Shown: positions 34,346-48,487 of the stretch, piece by piece
Layout: every line of letters starts with the position of its first letter
Position numbering within the stretch: position 1 is the stretch's first letter
Assembly (NCBI GenBank): GCA_013265495.1
Contig: MU058221.1
Span: forward strand, 5,316,066 to 5,380,065
Source of the DNA: Vicugna vicugna
Lineage: Eukaryota
Direction of reading: 5' to 3'
Length of the DNA: 64,000 nt
Made by a program: the position numbers and the translations under genes
Notes under the pieces: generated by a model
Database searches by the model: none
What the model was told of the DNA's origin: nothing
Seen by the model: the letters and a program-made list of their open reading frames with translations, nothing else

Positions 34346-35593
34346 GATATTGGCTATTATTGTTGGACATTTAGGTAATTTCCAATTTTTTGGCTGTTTC
34401 TCAACAATGCTGCAATGAAGTTCAAGATTCTTTTATTATCATTGTTGTTATCGCAAAAATCATATAGAATTAAATTTACCATTAAAGTTTGGGATTCTCA
34501 GACTGTCTGACTGCTGCACTGGCGCTCTGGCAGCAGATACCAGCGTGGGTCTAGCAACATTTTGGCTTGGGACAGCTGGATCTCTTTAGAGTAACAGATC
34601 TCTCCCCGCTGCCTGCCCACTGCTGCAAGATCAAGGTTAGTAGCTGGGAGTACCCTTCCTGTGGTTCCCCAATTTCTGCAGGGCCTTCCTGAGCTCTGGG
34701 ATGGATGAGACAGAGTCCCAGTCTCTGGTCAGGCAGTGGAACGTCTATACATCATGCATGGTATGAAGGGATAGCGTTGATTCAAATCCCGAAGCTCTGG
34801 CGTCTGTGTGATCTGTGCAAGAACTGTCACCTCTCCCAACCTCTGTTGCTTCGTCTGTAAAATGAATCCTTGCCTTGAAGCCCATCAGTTGTGTGGCTTG
34901 GGTAAGTCATCTTTCCCTCGGGGACTTAGTTTTCCCATCTGTGTAGTGAGGTATCATCACCTTTCTAGTTTTATCATAAGGTTTAGGGATAATGTTTGCA
35001 AAGTGCCTGGCACAGGGCCTAGTGGAGATTGGTGACTGGTAGACAGTTTTGAGACCGAAGATTCTGTCTGCTTGGCTCTGTAAAGCACTGAAATGCTCTG
35101 GAAATTCTGACTGGTTGCCATCCAACCTGCACATTGAAAATAAGGCGCCCCCAGACCCCCCTCATGCTTATGCTCCTCTGGTCTCTCTGAGTTTCTAAAC
35201 TCTCTTTCTGGATGCCGTACGGGAACACCAGGCTGCCTTCTGTCCCTGGTCCTGGGGCCACAGACTCAGGACCCCGTCCAAACCCCTTCCTTCTGCTCCA
35301 CTGCAGACCTGGGTATGGGAATAAAGAGAGACAGTATCAAAGTGCAACCCACGGGGAGAGTAATCTCCCAGGAAGAGAGTACGGGGCGGGTGGTGAGAAG
35401 GGGAAAGAAAAGGGATCAAATGCCGGGGGGTGGGAGGAGCAAGGGGAGCCGGAGAAGTGGTCAGAGATAGTGCAGGAAGGAGGAAAGAACCCTAGCGGCT
35501 GAGGCCGCCTGGCCTGCAGAGCGGTGGGTCCCACACGGGCTACTTTGGGGCTGCTTGGAAGCCCGGTGCCCTGAGGGCTGTGCACACACCGCA

Positions 35594-35612
35594 TGGACAC
35601 TAGGTGGCGCCG
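35594..35612 (+). promoter_or_regulatory. CTCF motif, forward orientation, in a locally CpG-rich patch
   Basis: TGGACACTAGGTGGCGCCG, one mismatch to the core. Confidence 0.65.
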
Positions 35613-38600
35613 TGGCCCGTTCTAACAGCCACTCCTTTTCTCCCCGCGGTTTCTTTATTAAAGAGACATGAGTGTGCGCTGGGTCCCGCCAGTGCCCTGT
35701 TTATTAACAGATGTGAACCCCAGAGAGGGATACCCAAAGCATACAGGGCTACCACAGCCGAGGCAGGGCTACCTTCTTGCCCACCGGGTCCGGCCCTCCA
35801 GCACCGCCCACTTTTCAGTCTTGCCCGCGGTGAAGTCACCTTCCTTGGTTTCCCCATCCTTTTTGTCCCCGGTTCCGCCGCCACCCGCATTCTCCTTCCA
35901 CCTGCAGCCACAAAGATGTGTTTCAGTATGCGCTGAATCAAGTCAGTCTCCCGTTAACACCTCCTCAGTGGCTCTAAATTACTCTTTCCCCCCGTACGTT
36001 CATTTCAGCCTGGCCCGCGGGGATTCACCCTGAGCCTATCTGAACTTGCCGTTTGGGTTTGCTCTGATAAAGTTTGTCGTACTGTATGTATCACCTCCAC
36101 CCACCCGTTTGCTCCGATTCCCTGCTCCTCCCCGAGCCTCTAACCACCTCTTTGGTCTCAGGCTGACTTCCCTGACCTCCCCCCATGACATGCTCCACGC
36201 TCTGTGCTCTGACGCCTGCATTGTCTTGTTCACGCCTTTCTTATCTTTCCCCCGCCTAGGCTGAACTCCAGGGCAGTAGGGCAGGGTCCGTTTTGTTTGC
36301 AGCCTGTCCATTAGGGTTCAGAAATCTTTCAGGACTAGGGGAAGGGGTGGGCAGTCTCAGTTCCAATTACGCTGTCCAGTTAGCAGGTCAAATATCCTGA
36401 TTTTGACTTTGAACAGTATAATCATCATACTCATTGCTTTACAGACTTATTCCCAGTGACCTGTTTTGTGTTTTTTAAAAAGTATTTGTACCGAGACATT
36501 TGGAGTAACTTTCAGAAGGGGTTCTCCTGACCGCTTGCATCTCAGCCTGCAGCTGCTTCAGAGTCTCTCCAGAATTTTCCCCAGACCTCTGTCCATAAAG
36601 TGCCAGTCCTGATTTTCTTCCCCTCTCGGCTCATCCCACCCCCTGCTCACATCCTGTACTGAACATTGATTTAGCTTCTCTCGTCAGGACGTTGGCACAA
36701 TTGGGCTGATGATTGAGGAGAGTCTGGCCTGGAGCAAGGAGCCAGATTCAAAAACGACAGCCTTGTTTCTGTCTGTCAGATGCCAAAACTTCCTGCAGAA
36801 ACAAAGGACTATTCAATTTCTAGAGTTCAATTTTGAATACCCCTGAAAAAAATGTAACAGCATTTTAAATATCATTTAACATTGAGATATGAAATAGGAG
36901 AAATGCTTACTTAGATCATTTTTCATTTCTTTAAGCCTTTTTGAAGTCTCTGTGTCAGTAAACAGTAGAGGACCTCCTTGGCGTAACAACCTTGCGTGTA
37001 AGCAGCCCTCCCACTGGCCTCTGCACTGGGGAAATCCCAAACCTCTGTTAATACCCACTGATGCAGCTTTGTTGCAAGAGAGAAAAGAGAAGGAAACACT
37101 CTGAAGTGCTGGTCCTGTAAACCAACAGCTCAATGTTGCTGTGCCCACAGTGACGCATGGCGGGGCACCCGTCCACCCCTCAGCTTTGTGGGGGCCCCCA
37201 TGCTGTTGTCGTTGTCTGGCTCAAGCGTCTGTTGGCCCCCAGCTCTGGGAGAGCTCTGACCAGGCCAGAACAAAGGCCAGGCTGGGTCTGCCCTGCTCCA
37301 AACCCAGCCCCACATTCTCCAAAACTCGGAACTGTGATTGTTTTATTTTTAAACACCCTAAAATATACCAGCTCCTAGAATACGGAAGTGAGACTGACAG
37401 TGAGGGGCCCTTCTGCCTACCCCATCCTGCGGCTCTGCCTAACCATTCTGGCAGACCAGGCTGTTCTGAACATCATTTGTTCAAATGTTGAAAACAGTTG
37501 ATGCTCTGCCCATGGTTCTGAACAGATGCTCTTGGCTGTATCTTAGTACTCAGCAGGGCTGCTCTAGAGATACTGCCCTGTGGCTCCTGGCACCAGCTCC
37601 TCTCCTGCTCTGCCAGCATGGTACACGTGAACCCTGATGCTCAACAGCAAAGCAAGAGGTCGACCAGATGGTTCTTCATTCCTGGTCCGGCTCCCAGGTG
37701 ATGAGCGGCTGTGTTGGGAGAGTAGGAGAGGTTAGTAAGAGGAGAGAGGGTCTGTCCCTCTAACGTCTCAGCTCACCCCCTGGGATCACAGTGCGCGCTG
37801 CGTTCTTAAATTCAGGTCAGGTTTGAAGAAAAAAGGGACAGAGATGAGCCACAGGCAAAAGACGGGGAGGAAAAGGCCACTGTGGTGACAGTCCACCCAA
37901 CCTTTCGTTTTAGGACAAGACTCTTGGTTTACACTGGAATCTAGTTTCCCTTGTTTGGAGTGTGTTTGTGTGTGCGAGTATTTTGAATCTCACTCGCTTT
38001 TCATGCTGAATGTCACCCTGCAAGAGGCAGCAGCTCCAGAACCAAGCCTCCGAGTCAGAAGCTATTTTGTCCACTGTCATTTTAAAGACAGGGCTGCCCC
38101 GTTCAAAATGATGGGATCTTTAGTATTGCCATCTTTAAAACAATAATCTTTATCAAGTAAACAATGTATAGACAAAAAAAAAAGAAGAAAGAAAAGAAAA
38201 GCAGAGCCATGTGTAGATAAAATAGAGACATATTATCTTGGTTTCCAACTTCCATATAATAAACTCCCTGAGACTGCCTTAAATACAGAACATAGAGCCT
38301 TTGAGGCAGGAGCCCCCTGTAGCAGTCTGAAACCCCAACTTATGCCATAAGGCCTTTGAAAAGATAAGGGACACAGATAAGTGTCTATTTTAGAACTTCA
38401 GCAATAAGTTGGTTTTCCATAATGTGTGGATATGTCTACAGTCATTGAACAGACTCGATAAGCTTTTGACACATCCTTTATCATTTAAATCACTAAGACA
38501 ATTATATATAGAAAAAATGACTTTTCATTTCTTGCTTTAGTTACCTGTATTCCCTTCCTTAGCGTAAAAGAGTCCCTTAACCCAGCCTCTACATCCAAGA

Positions 38601-38919
38601 GTTCTCCATTATATTCAATCTTAAACCATCCGCTGCCCATCTTTAAATGCCATCGAAGATATCAAATAAAATCAAACGTATTTATGGAATGCCTACAGTT
38701 GGCAAGATCTTCTTATGAGTGCTGTAGATGGAATAAAGTGTTTAAAATTCTATCACTTAGAGAGTTTATAACTTAATTACAGATGTGCTCTCAAATTCTC
38801 ACTGCTTTTGGACTAATAGCTCAAAAACAGCCCTACCCTGAATGAGTCAGCCTGATAGGGCAGCTTGAGATGCTATGAGGAACAGTCCAAGTGAATATAC
38901 TTTTGAGTTTGACTGTTGT

Positions 38920-39060
38920 TTTTTTTTTAAAAATTGTTTGTTGTCGAGGGGGAGGAAATTAGGTGTATTTTATTCATTTTTAATGGAGGTGCTGGGGATT
39001 GAACCCAGGACCCTGTGCATGGCAGGTATGTACTCCAGCACTGAGCTCTACCCTCCCCGC
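38920..39060 (-). mobile_element. tRNA-Ala-derived SINE (Vic-1-like)
   Basis: tggaggtgctggggattgaacccaggaccctgtgcatggcagg...actgagctctaccctcccc; degenerate TSD tgactgttgt / tgactactgt. Confidence 0.88.
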
Positions 39061-41097
39061 TGACTACTGTCCTTAATCAGGCTTAACAAGCCCTCACTGC
39101 GCACTCTCTGTCCTTACTCGTCTATCACCATCTGGTAACTTGGCGCAGTCTTTCATATCAAGGACCTAATCAACATTTGAAATAAATTCACTGTCTATAA
39201 CATCATTTTTCTTGAAACTAATTTTCTTTGATAAGTCAAAAAAAAAAAAAGCCAGAGAACAGGGTGGAAATATATTGCTCCTTTAGAAGTTAGAAATTTT
39301 CAGTAAAAATTACTGCTGTTGTGACAGATCTACCAAATAGTCGGTTTCTGAATGTTTACATTTTCTGAAAATTCACCGTTAACATTTCCAGCTACACAAA
39401 AGTTGTAATGGCGTCGTCTGCCCAGTTGTGGATGGCTGCCTGACACCAGAGCAGACCGTGACATCTGACTCCTTCCAGACAGAAGGAAATGTCTAAACTT
39501 GTTCTTTCTACGTATTTTACTGACACAGCTCACTGGGGAAAGCCGCTTTTAAAAAAACACAACTGAATTTCCTAGCACGTCATTTACTCTTCTTTAACCA
39601 CGGCCCGCCAACGTGGCTGCCGTTTCTGTCTGCCAGTGGGCTGAAATTTAATATTGGTAGTTAGTCAAATCTAATCATTCCGATAATGAAAGTCAAACTA
39701 CCAGGACTGTAATTTCCTTTGGGGGGAACATTAATTTCTTGTCAATAACATTTGAGCGTGTGCGTTAATGAATGGTTCTCCTTCCCAGTTTATGTTGGTC
39801 TTATGTTGCCTGTCGGTGGTAGGTAAATACAAATACCTTGTTCTGCGAACACAAATCCGGGCTAAGATGGCCTTGGGACATAGGAGAGGAAAAGACTGAG
39901 GAGGCTGGGCCAGCGCTGGGTCCTGGACCTGCTACTCCTGTTGTCTGCTCTCTAGTCTGAGAGCCGGGGGCGAGGTCATCTGCGTGGCCTTCGCGGAGCG
40001 TGAGCGCCTGGGATGAGGGTGTAGGTCCCATGGGCAGCAAACTCAGAGTCCTTTGTATGAGGAACGCATTGTGTCACCATGTGTGTGAATGGGAGGCGGG
40101 CCTGGGTATCACACAGCCCTGCTCCATACACACGTCTTCTAACAGCTGACCTCGTTCTAAGGGGACTTCTGCTACATCACGGAGCCAGTCCCTCCCTTCT
40201 TTCTCAATGGATTGACTGAAGCATCCCCAGGAAAGGATGAAAAAATAACTCACACTTGGATGTTACGTATCTGCCAAGGAGAATAAACCCCATTTCTAAA
40301 TCCTCCCGGGACACTGGTCTGCAAGGTTCGTCTTAGACAGAAATAAGGCAAATTCAACCGTCCGTCTGACATCAAGTCCCAAAGCAGTGGGCTCAGAATG
40401 CGGTTAAAACAAAGTGGTCGTTGGTTACAGAAATCTTCCAATAACCCAGGGAGACTAGGGTGTCACCATGGCTTTCTTCATTTTACAGCGAAGCACACGT
40501 CTGCCACACAAACCAGATTGATTGATACCGGCCAAGAGGTCATAACTCAATAAAAGCAGCCCAAAAAGCTGGTCTGAAAATTTATTTTAATTAATGGGTC
40601 CAACAAATCAGGAGACCCCTCCCCCCCCCCCCCCCATTTGTTGGAATGTTGGGGAGTTTTTTAAAAAACCAGCATGACACAGAAGCAGCAGTGCAGAAGG
40701 CAAGGGTGATGCTGTTCAGAAGATCCCCATTTATAGCTTTGCCTAAAAACATGAGACCCGTCATCAGGAGCTATGCTTCCAAGTCCCCGAAACATTTTTC
40801 CAAGGCCAGCCGAGATTTCTGGCGAGAACAAGCTCTTGGTGGGAGAAAACAAAAAACTAAAACTCACTGACATTTTTCTGTGGCTCCAAGTTCCAGTGAG
40901 AAGTGTGTTAAAAGACAGAACATGTCTAAGTCAGTCTGAGTTGCCTCAAAACCAGCGATGACATCCACGTAATAGGATTTGCCTGTGTGCCTACAAAGCT
41001 GTCCAAAATCGGAAATGTGATGGTGGAATGAATCCTGGTTATTGGAGACCAATCTTGTGACACCCGAGGCTCCTGGAGGTCTGTTCAAGAAGGGCGG

Positions 41098-41122
41098 CTG
41101 GGCTGGGCTGGGCTGGGCTGGG
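41098..41122 (+). repeat. (CTGGG)5 pentamer repeat, G-quadruplex-capable on the + strand
   Basis: Read directly from the sequence. Confidence 0.9.
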
Positions 41123-42104
41123 GTAAGGGAGAAACAACCCTGAAGCAAAGAAGTAACTTCTAACAAAAATTGCCAAAGTGCTCAAAGTTCTCAAAGACGG
41201 TCTCTGGTCAACTCCGACTGGCTGGTGGACTCCATGAAAGGTCTTTGAAAAACATACACCTTGCTATTCATTTAGGGCACTCACTGCCTGTGTGTAATTT
41301 GACGTTGAAAGCAACGTAAAGATGCAAAAATGACACATAGAGGAGGAGGGGTGGGATGGGGCCGGGCTTGAGACCTGCTGAAAGCTGAGAAAATGCTGGA
41401 CTGGCCACTTCCCAGCCGCCATGCAAGGCAGGGGAACACGGGTCCACACACACCTGTGAGATGCGCGTGACACCAGGAAAGCTGTCTTGGAGTGTTAGAC
41501 CCTGGCTGCCTCCTGTCTTTTTAAATAAATATTTGGGCTTCTCTAACTAGCCCCTGAGGGATGAGGGGTGGATAAGGGGGCGGAGGCGTGTGGGGCAGGC
41601 CTGGCTCTACCTGAACCACAGCACAGCCGTGGACCACCTTCCTGAGTCTCCATTTTCAAAGCTAAGTCTCACCCTTTAACTGGTAAGAATTTTAAAGCAT
41701 TTTCTCCTAAACAAACAGTATCTTCTGGAGGAAAAAACAAAATCCACAGTAAATTTTAAGAAAAGACATAAAACTAGAGAAATCCTATTTGGCTACCTAC
41801 ACCGGCTGCGCTGAGCCCGACCCCAGAAGCCTGGAGGAGCAGCCCCGGGCTGGGAGTCAGAGCTGCACCGGGGCCACAGGGAAGTGAGAACTGAGAGAGC
41901 GGGAGGCAGCAGCGGTCAGGGAGCTGGAGTAGAGACAGCAGAGAGGGAGCAGGGGAGCGGCAGAAACCAGGCCCCTTCATCCTCCATCCCTCGCTACTGG
42001 TACCCACGGTGAGGTCCTGCCTCGGCCGTGGCATCCAAGAAGGACATGTTAGCCAGACTTGTAAACTTATGTTCTTAAAAAAAAAAAGCACTCAAATTAA
42101 CTAG

Positions 42105-43114
42105 ACTGTAAGAGTTCCTCAAAAGGTTTTATTCCTTTTTTGTGTGTGTGGCCAGCTCACTGCCTGGCACACACCGCCAAGTAGGCATTCAAAAATATAT
42201 ATTTTCAAATAGGCAATTTATAACACCAGGAGGACTTCATTTCAGTGTTTCAGAAAACATGATTATTCTTAGAAAGAGTTTATTCCTCTACGACTCTGGT
42301 AACAGAGGTTCTGTCCTAATTTTCATAAGCCACCTCAGACAGACAGTGGAATAAGTTGAATTAACATTTAAGGGTTTGGAAAGTACAAAACTCTTGAGGG
42401 GAAATCCAAGAGTTGTCTTAACTGCAGGGAAGACCGTGGCGTCTGCAGCCCAGGGCATCTTCGCAATACTCTAGAGGACGCAGAAAATGTCTTTGTGTCC
42501 CTCCTCGGCCAGGGACCTGCAGGACAGCTTCCCTGCAAGTCTTGATTCCTGCAAGTCTTCACGCAGGAGGCAGACCAACAGAGAGGACCGGGAACTCCTC
42601 CCACCCGCCCCGGCCTCACAGCAGCAGGGCCAAACCTAACACCAGTGGTTGAGCTACTGAGCACTTCATCCTCAAAGTGCCTCCGCAATCTGTCCCACCG
42701 AACACACTAAGAGAGAACCAGCATCAGGCATTCGGGGCTGTCATCAAAGGAGTGACCTCCCTTCTCTTTCCACTTAATTACCTGGGATTCTGTGTGCCGT
42801 CGACATGAACAGACTTTTTACCAATTAAATAACTTTCTTAAAATATAATAAAACATCATTTTACACAATTCTCTCTGGAAAGTCTTCCGGATCCTCAAAA
42901 TTAACTTACAAAATTTTATGCAAAAACACTTACTTCAAATAAATAGGGGAAAAAAGTGGGAGAGGCTGGACTTTTTCTGTTGATTTGTTTTTTAAATTAA
43001 AAGTTAAAAACACCAGCTGCACTTCAAAGTACTCGCGGGATGAAATGCATCTAGAAGGCTGTGAGAAACAGCCCTCCGGGTCAGAGCTGCATTTTCAAGT
43101 GAGGTTTCCTGGGT
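42105..43114 (-). other. ST3GAL5: ST3GAL5 3'UTR (about 1 kb)
   Basis: Follows the stop codon, has AU-rich blocks, and ends after AATAAA (+ strand tttatt 42128-42133) with a downstream U-rich tract. The cleavage site is inferred. Confidence 0.7.
42128..42133 (-). terminator. Polyadenylation signal AATAAA of ST3GAL5; a second AATAAA is at 42279-42284
   Basis: Canonical hexamer on the - strand followed by gtgc(t)10-type GU/U-rich sequence. Confidence 0.7.
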
Positions 43115-43363
43115 TCAGAATTCACAATGGATGCCTCCGCTGAGATCCGGCACCACGCCCTCTCTGACCAGCTGCAGGAGGAACCTGGTCTCCGTCGTCA
43201 CGTTGTGCATGGTCTGAAAGTTCATGGCGGCCATGCAGAGATTGTCAAAGTAGTGCAAAGGTGTTCTGGGCTGGGTGAGGTCATAGCCAAAGCCTGCCAA
43301 ACTGACTTCGTCACACAGATGCGTGGCTAAGACAACAGCCATGACACCTATCGTGGGGACATT
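43115..43363 (-). CDS. ST3GAL5: ST3GAL5 exon 7 coding part (249 nt incl. TGA): sialylmotifs S ([25 protein letters not shown]), III (HYFD) and VS (HNVTTE)
   Basis: Acceptor tcctttccag|AAT, stop TGA at 43117-43115; lies within track ORF 43115..43405. Confidence 0.97.
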   Translation of the reverse strand, partial: NVPTIGVMAVVLATHLCDEVSLAGFGYDLTQPRTPLHYFDNLCMAAMNFQTMHNVTTETRFLLQLVREGVVPDLSGGIHCEF

Positions 43364-46300
43364 CTGGAAAGGAGAAAAGACCAAAAAGGGTTGAGCACAA
43401 GTCACTGCTTACCACGCGCCCCACGTGCCATGCAAAGCAATGATGGCTGCCTTGGGGGCTGCGGTTTTACACCACACAATGTCACACATCACAGAATTCC
43501 AGCCAAGTCAGGAATCTAGCCTCTGAAACCTAGTGTCGTGTGACTTCTTTTAACACACCAGCAAGACGCAGCCTGGCAGGTCCTCCTGCGCCGAGCTGAA
43601 AGGTGTTCTTTCTAAAGCTTCTACCCACCGGTCCTACGTATGATGACCGTGATAGCGAAACTCGCCCATTTCCTCTCTCACGTGACAAACGTCCACAAGA
43701 TCTGCTCCGGGACAAGTGGCCACAGACCTTTTCGGGACACGGTTTTGGGGCCCGACCCTTCCTGGCTGGCCCCTGTTCAGGCTCTGGCTGAGAACCGAGC
43801 AGACTCAGCTCCCGCGGGTGAAGACTGTCCACCGCTTACCTGCAGCCTAAAGACCCCACCTGCCTTTCTGGCACATAACATGTCCAGGCCATGTGCAACG
43901 CACAGCTGCTCAGCCAGTTTCTGCTCACTCTCTGCTCAGGGAAGTGTATTTTCAGGCCCAAACTAGGGGCTTTCACATTTGTTTTTTCCAAAATGTACCC
44001 TTATTGACTTTGGCCTAGAATGCCAAATGTCCAAACTCTCTTTCTCTGTAAAGTGGACCGACAGTGAAGCCTTCAGAGTTCCTGGATTAAGGAACACCCA
44101 CTGAACGCACCACTCATTAAAACCTGCTCCCTGCTCCCCAGTGCATCGCTTCTACCTCTCAAAGCCAACCTCCCTTGTTAAAAAGGAACTCAACAGTCAT
44201 TCTGCGTGTTTGGAAATAGACACAGAGTCTCCAGACCCTAAGGCAGGGCTCCGTCTTCTCCACTGTGGCCAGCCCAGCGCCCAGCATGGGGACAGCCCGT
44301 CAGTGTTTGCGGAGGAGTGTAGCGGGGTAATTGTATGGCGAGAAACTCAGGAACTATTAAAAACCACCCAGAACACACCCCCTAAGATCCCCCTTCATCA
44401 TCCAACAGTCTTCTCTCTCTGCGGGGAGGGCATACGCGTGAGGAAGCTTCTGCGCATGTAGTTTTACATCAGACATCATCTTTCGAGTTACTGTTTTTAT
44501 CCAAAGGAAAAATACCATTTGACAGTAATAAAAATAAGCAAATATTCAATTCAAATGACAAAGAAATGGATTATAAAGTAGGAAGCAAACGTCTCCTGCA
44601 GACTCACTCCCCGGAGAAGAGCATTCTCCATGGCTGGGTGTTTCTTTCCAAGCTTTTCCTTCATATCTGTCTATACATTTTTATTCTTTTAACAAAAATG
44701 GAATTATACAAATGTTCTTTAACTTGATTTTTTTGCTTTAATATATTGTGGAGGTGTTTTCCTATCCATTAATTTTTTTTTCATCCTTAACAGTCACACA
44801 ATATTGCATCAACGATGCCATAATATGTTTAAACAATCCTCTAACGATGAATGGTTAGGCTGTTTTTAGTCCTTTATTAATGCGATGGGACCACCTTACA
44901 GAAGCCGTGCAAATTTTCTCTGACTTCCTTATAATAAAATGTTTAGAGTCAAACGGCTGGGTCAAAGAATCATTTCTAAAATTGATATATATTGCCAAAT
45001 TACCATCCAGAAAAGGGGCCAACTTATAATTCTACCCACATTCCTGCCAAACAAGGACATGATCAAGCTTTTAAATCTGTGCTAAGAAAAAACAGGCAAA
45101 AAATGTCATCGTGGCTCTAATTCACTTTTACTTGATTACTGGAGAAGTTGAACACTTAATCATGTGTTCCTTGGCTGCATTAATTTCCTCTGTGAAACGT
45201 CTGGTCTTATCCTTTCCCCATTTTTTACTGGCTCATCTTTTTCTTTTTCATTTAGTAAGATCTCTTCATGCTTTGAGAGTATTTGCTTTGTTTTATACAT
45301 GATACATTTCCTCCCACTAACTTTGTTTCTGATACCTTCTGCCATTCAGCAGTTTCATCTTTTATGCAATTAAATCTGCCCATTTTTTAAAAGGCTACTT
45401 TTTAAATAAAATCGACCTGCAAACCAACAAATGAGCATTTGCCTGTGTTTAAAACAAATCCTATGAAATTTAATAAAGAAACAGGACAGTTTAAAAAATA
45501 CAGAAATCTAAAGATGTTGAAAGATACTCAAGTATATTTACAGTGAAACCTCTTATAACTTAGTTTAAGAATCTTGCCAAAGTATGTTTAAGTCTTCAAA
45601 AAATTAAATGCTTTGTTAAAAGTGATGCTAACAGGTTACACGTTATTAGCCCACGTTCTGGGGGACCTCACGCGCTTCGTGTGGGAGAGAGAAGCTAAGG
45701 CCAGTCACAGACCTGACAGTCACTGGCGAGGGGGAGGGCTGCTCGCCTCTGAGAGGGAACATGTACCACTGGTCCTGGACAGGCTTCTGCAATGGGCAGA
45801 AACAACACGGCCCGTGAGGGCTCCCCAAGGATGGAGAGGCCAGAGCCCGGAGGAAAATGGCGGCCTGCGAAGGGAGCAGCTTCTACTATGTGAAGCGTTT
45901 CCCTCGAGCTGGGAACTTTCACCCGAGCCGGGTATCCAAGCCTGAGGCTGCAGCCAGAGTTGGATTCAGCTCTTACTGATCACAGTGAAGAACTAGGTGC
46001 TTGTTTTCAAGGAGACTATTTAGGTATGTGTTTTCCTTAATGACCACAGAATTCCTCCTTTAAAATTTACAGAGTGGGATTAAAGAGTCTTTTCAATTAG
46101 AATTTGATTCAAAGGGCAAACAGGAGCACCTGCTAATCTGCCTGTTGGTTGAGGACATCTGAGTCCAGCTCAGTGTTTGCAAATCGCCTCCTGGGCCAGC
46201 CCTACCTCCTAGGTGGTACCCCAGGCCCCCAGTGTGGGTAGCAGCCCCCACAATTCAAATTCCTAGCTTTCCTTTAGATATAAAGGTTTTGCTTAAAATT

Positions 46301-46449
46301 TTGTTTAAAAATGATCTCCACTGCTTTTTCATAAAGACACAGGTTTAGCTATTCAGATCATGAAGAAACACGTAATAAAGGCATCTGCCCGGGTAGTAAC
46401 ACAGGCTAACTGCAGGTAAAGAGTCAACTGCAGTGAGCAGCCTCCAACA

Positions 46450-46620
46450 CAGAGGTTCTCAAATCAGCCTGCAAAATCCAATCACCCAGGGAGCCTTCAA
46501 AGCCCCAACGTACAGACCACAGCACAGATTCAATCAGAATATCTGGGGTGGGACCCAAGCATCAGCTGGAAAGTACTGCTCTAGAGGACTGGCTATTCAC
46601 CGTCACCTATAAAGTGAGGA
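46450..46620. mobile_element. MER5A-like hAT-Charlie fragment
   Basis: cagaggttctcaaa...caatcacccagggagccttc...aatcagaatatctggggtgggacccaagcatc. Confidence 0.65.
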
Positions 46621-46866
46621 CAAGGGTCAATTTTCACCTAAGGGACCTGCGGAGTTACAATGGAAAGAACTTTTCTGACCACCGAAGTGCCTTTCAGTGT
46701 CTTGAAGCTAATGATGTGGAGTCCTGGAGTAAGGAGACCTTAAATAATATCTCAGCGACCTAAGTGCTAACGTGCTGACGATACTAAAGAGATACACACA
46801 TGGAACATCTGATCAAAGACTAGGTTTCTCCACCGGAAGATGCTTCCTGGCTTATAGCTAAGCCTA

Positions 46867-47097
<231 letters not shown>

Positions 47098-48172
47098 CTA
47101 AGGAAAGAAAGCAAGCAATCATTAGGGGTACTGAATAGAGTCACCTTCTCAGTGGAGGGTGAGGATGCATCCCCTGCCGGCCGGGCCAATGGCCGTGGGT
47201 GTGACCTCGTGTGGGTTCGTACACTGCGTTCTGCAGCAAAGTCACCCATCGCTGCAAACCCAGGACCCCATCTCAGACAAGCAGCTCTAAGGATCTGATT
47301 TGTGAAGGTGGCTCTGGACAAGGACAGGAACTGCAGAAGCAGCTCTTGTTGGTTTGGGGAAGAAATTCCTCAGGGAATGACCTCAGATAGTGAGGCTTTT
47401 TAGGATCCAAAGCCACCATTTTGCCCAGGAAAGACCAAGCAAGTACCTCCACTTCAAGGCCATTAAGTGCTATGCACACCCTGCTCTGATCAGGTCCTCA
47501 GCCTGCACCCTCTCTCCACTTACTGCGTTTCCTAGTCCCCTGAAGCCTCTTGGTAACTGACTGCAAGTCATTCCACAGGGCTTCCTCTTTCGCCTGGAAC
47601 CACCCCCAACAGAAAATCCCGAAGACCACAATGGCCTGTTCAGAATCAGGCTTGGGAGAAACAAATTCTCTATCACAGTGAGGCTCATGTGAGACGTTTG
47701 ACACGTTGCAGTAATTTTACAGCCAGCTAGGTTGTTCAGGTGAATATAAATGCACACATACTCAACAGTTGTGTTCTGAAATTTGTTTCAACTCATTGGG
47801 TGGGGCTATAAAGTAAGGCAATTGATTGTTATAAAGACAAACATAAGGAATGTGACCAAGTAAAGGCCATCTCCTCCACATCTGCCTCTCTGGAACGCTG
47901 TGAATTGACTCCAGCAAGAACACCACCAATCAAAGCATTTTTGGAGAATCTCATCGAGACTACTCAGAGAGTTTATGTATATTCTTTTGAATATCCTCAA
48001 TAATGGTTTATATTCATTCATATAAATCTAATTTCTGGCAATAGTCAACAGCCATGTTAAGTTCAAGTCTGGTGAATTAAGGTGGGTGATCAACTTCTCT
48101 AAGGGCAATTTTGGTCCCAAATTTGTTATTTCCATTAAGTTACGATCACAGTTTCCACCTGTGGTTCAATCA

Positions 48173-48487
<315 letters not shown>

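Noticed and set aside
35640..36310. CpG-containing segment with tttatt motifs as a small gene or retrocopy
   Set aside because: Much of it (about 35880-36310) resembles decayed L2, and no coherent ORF or splice structure is present.
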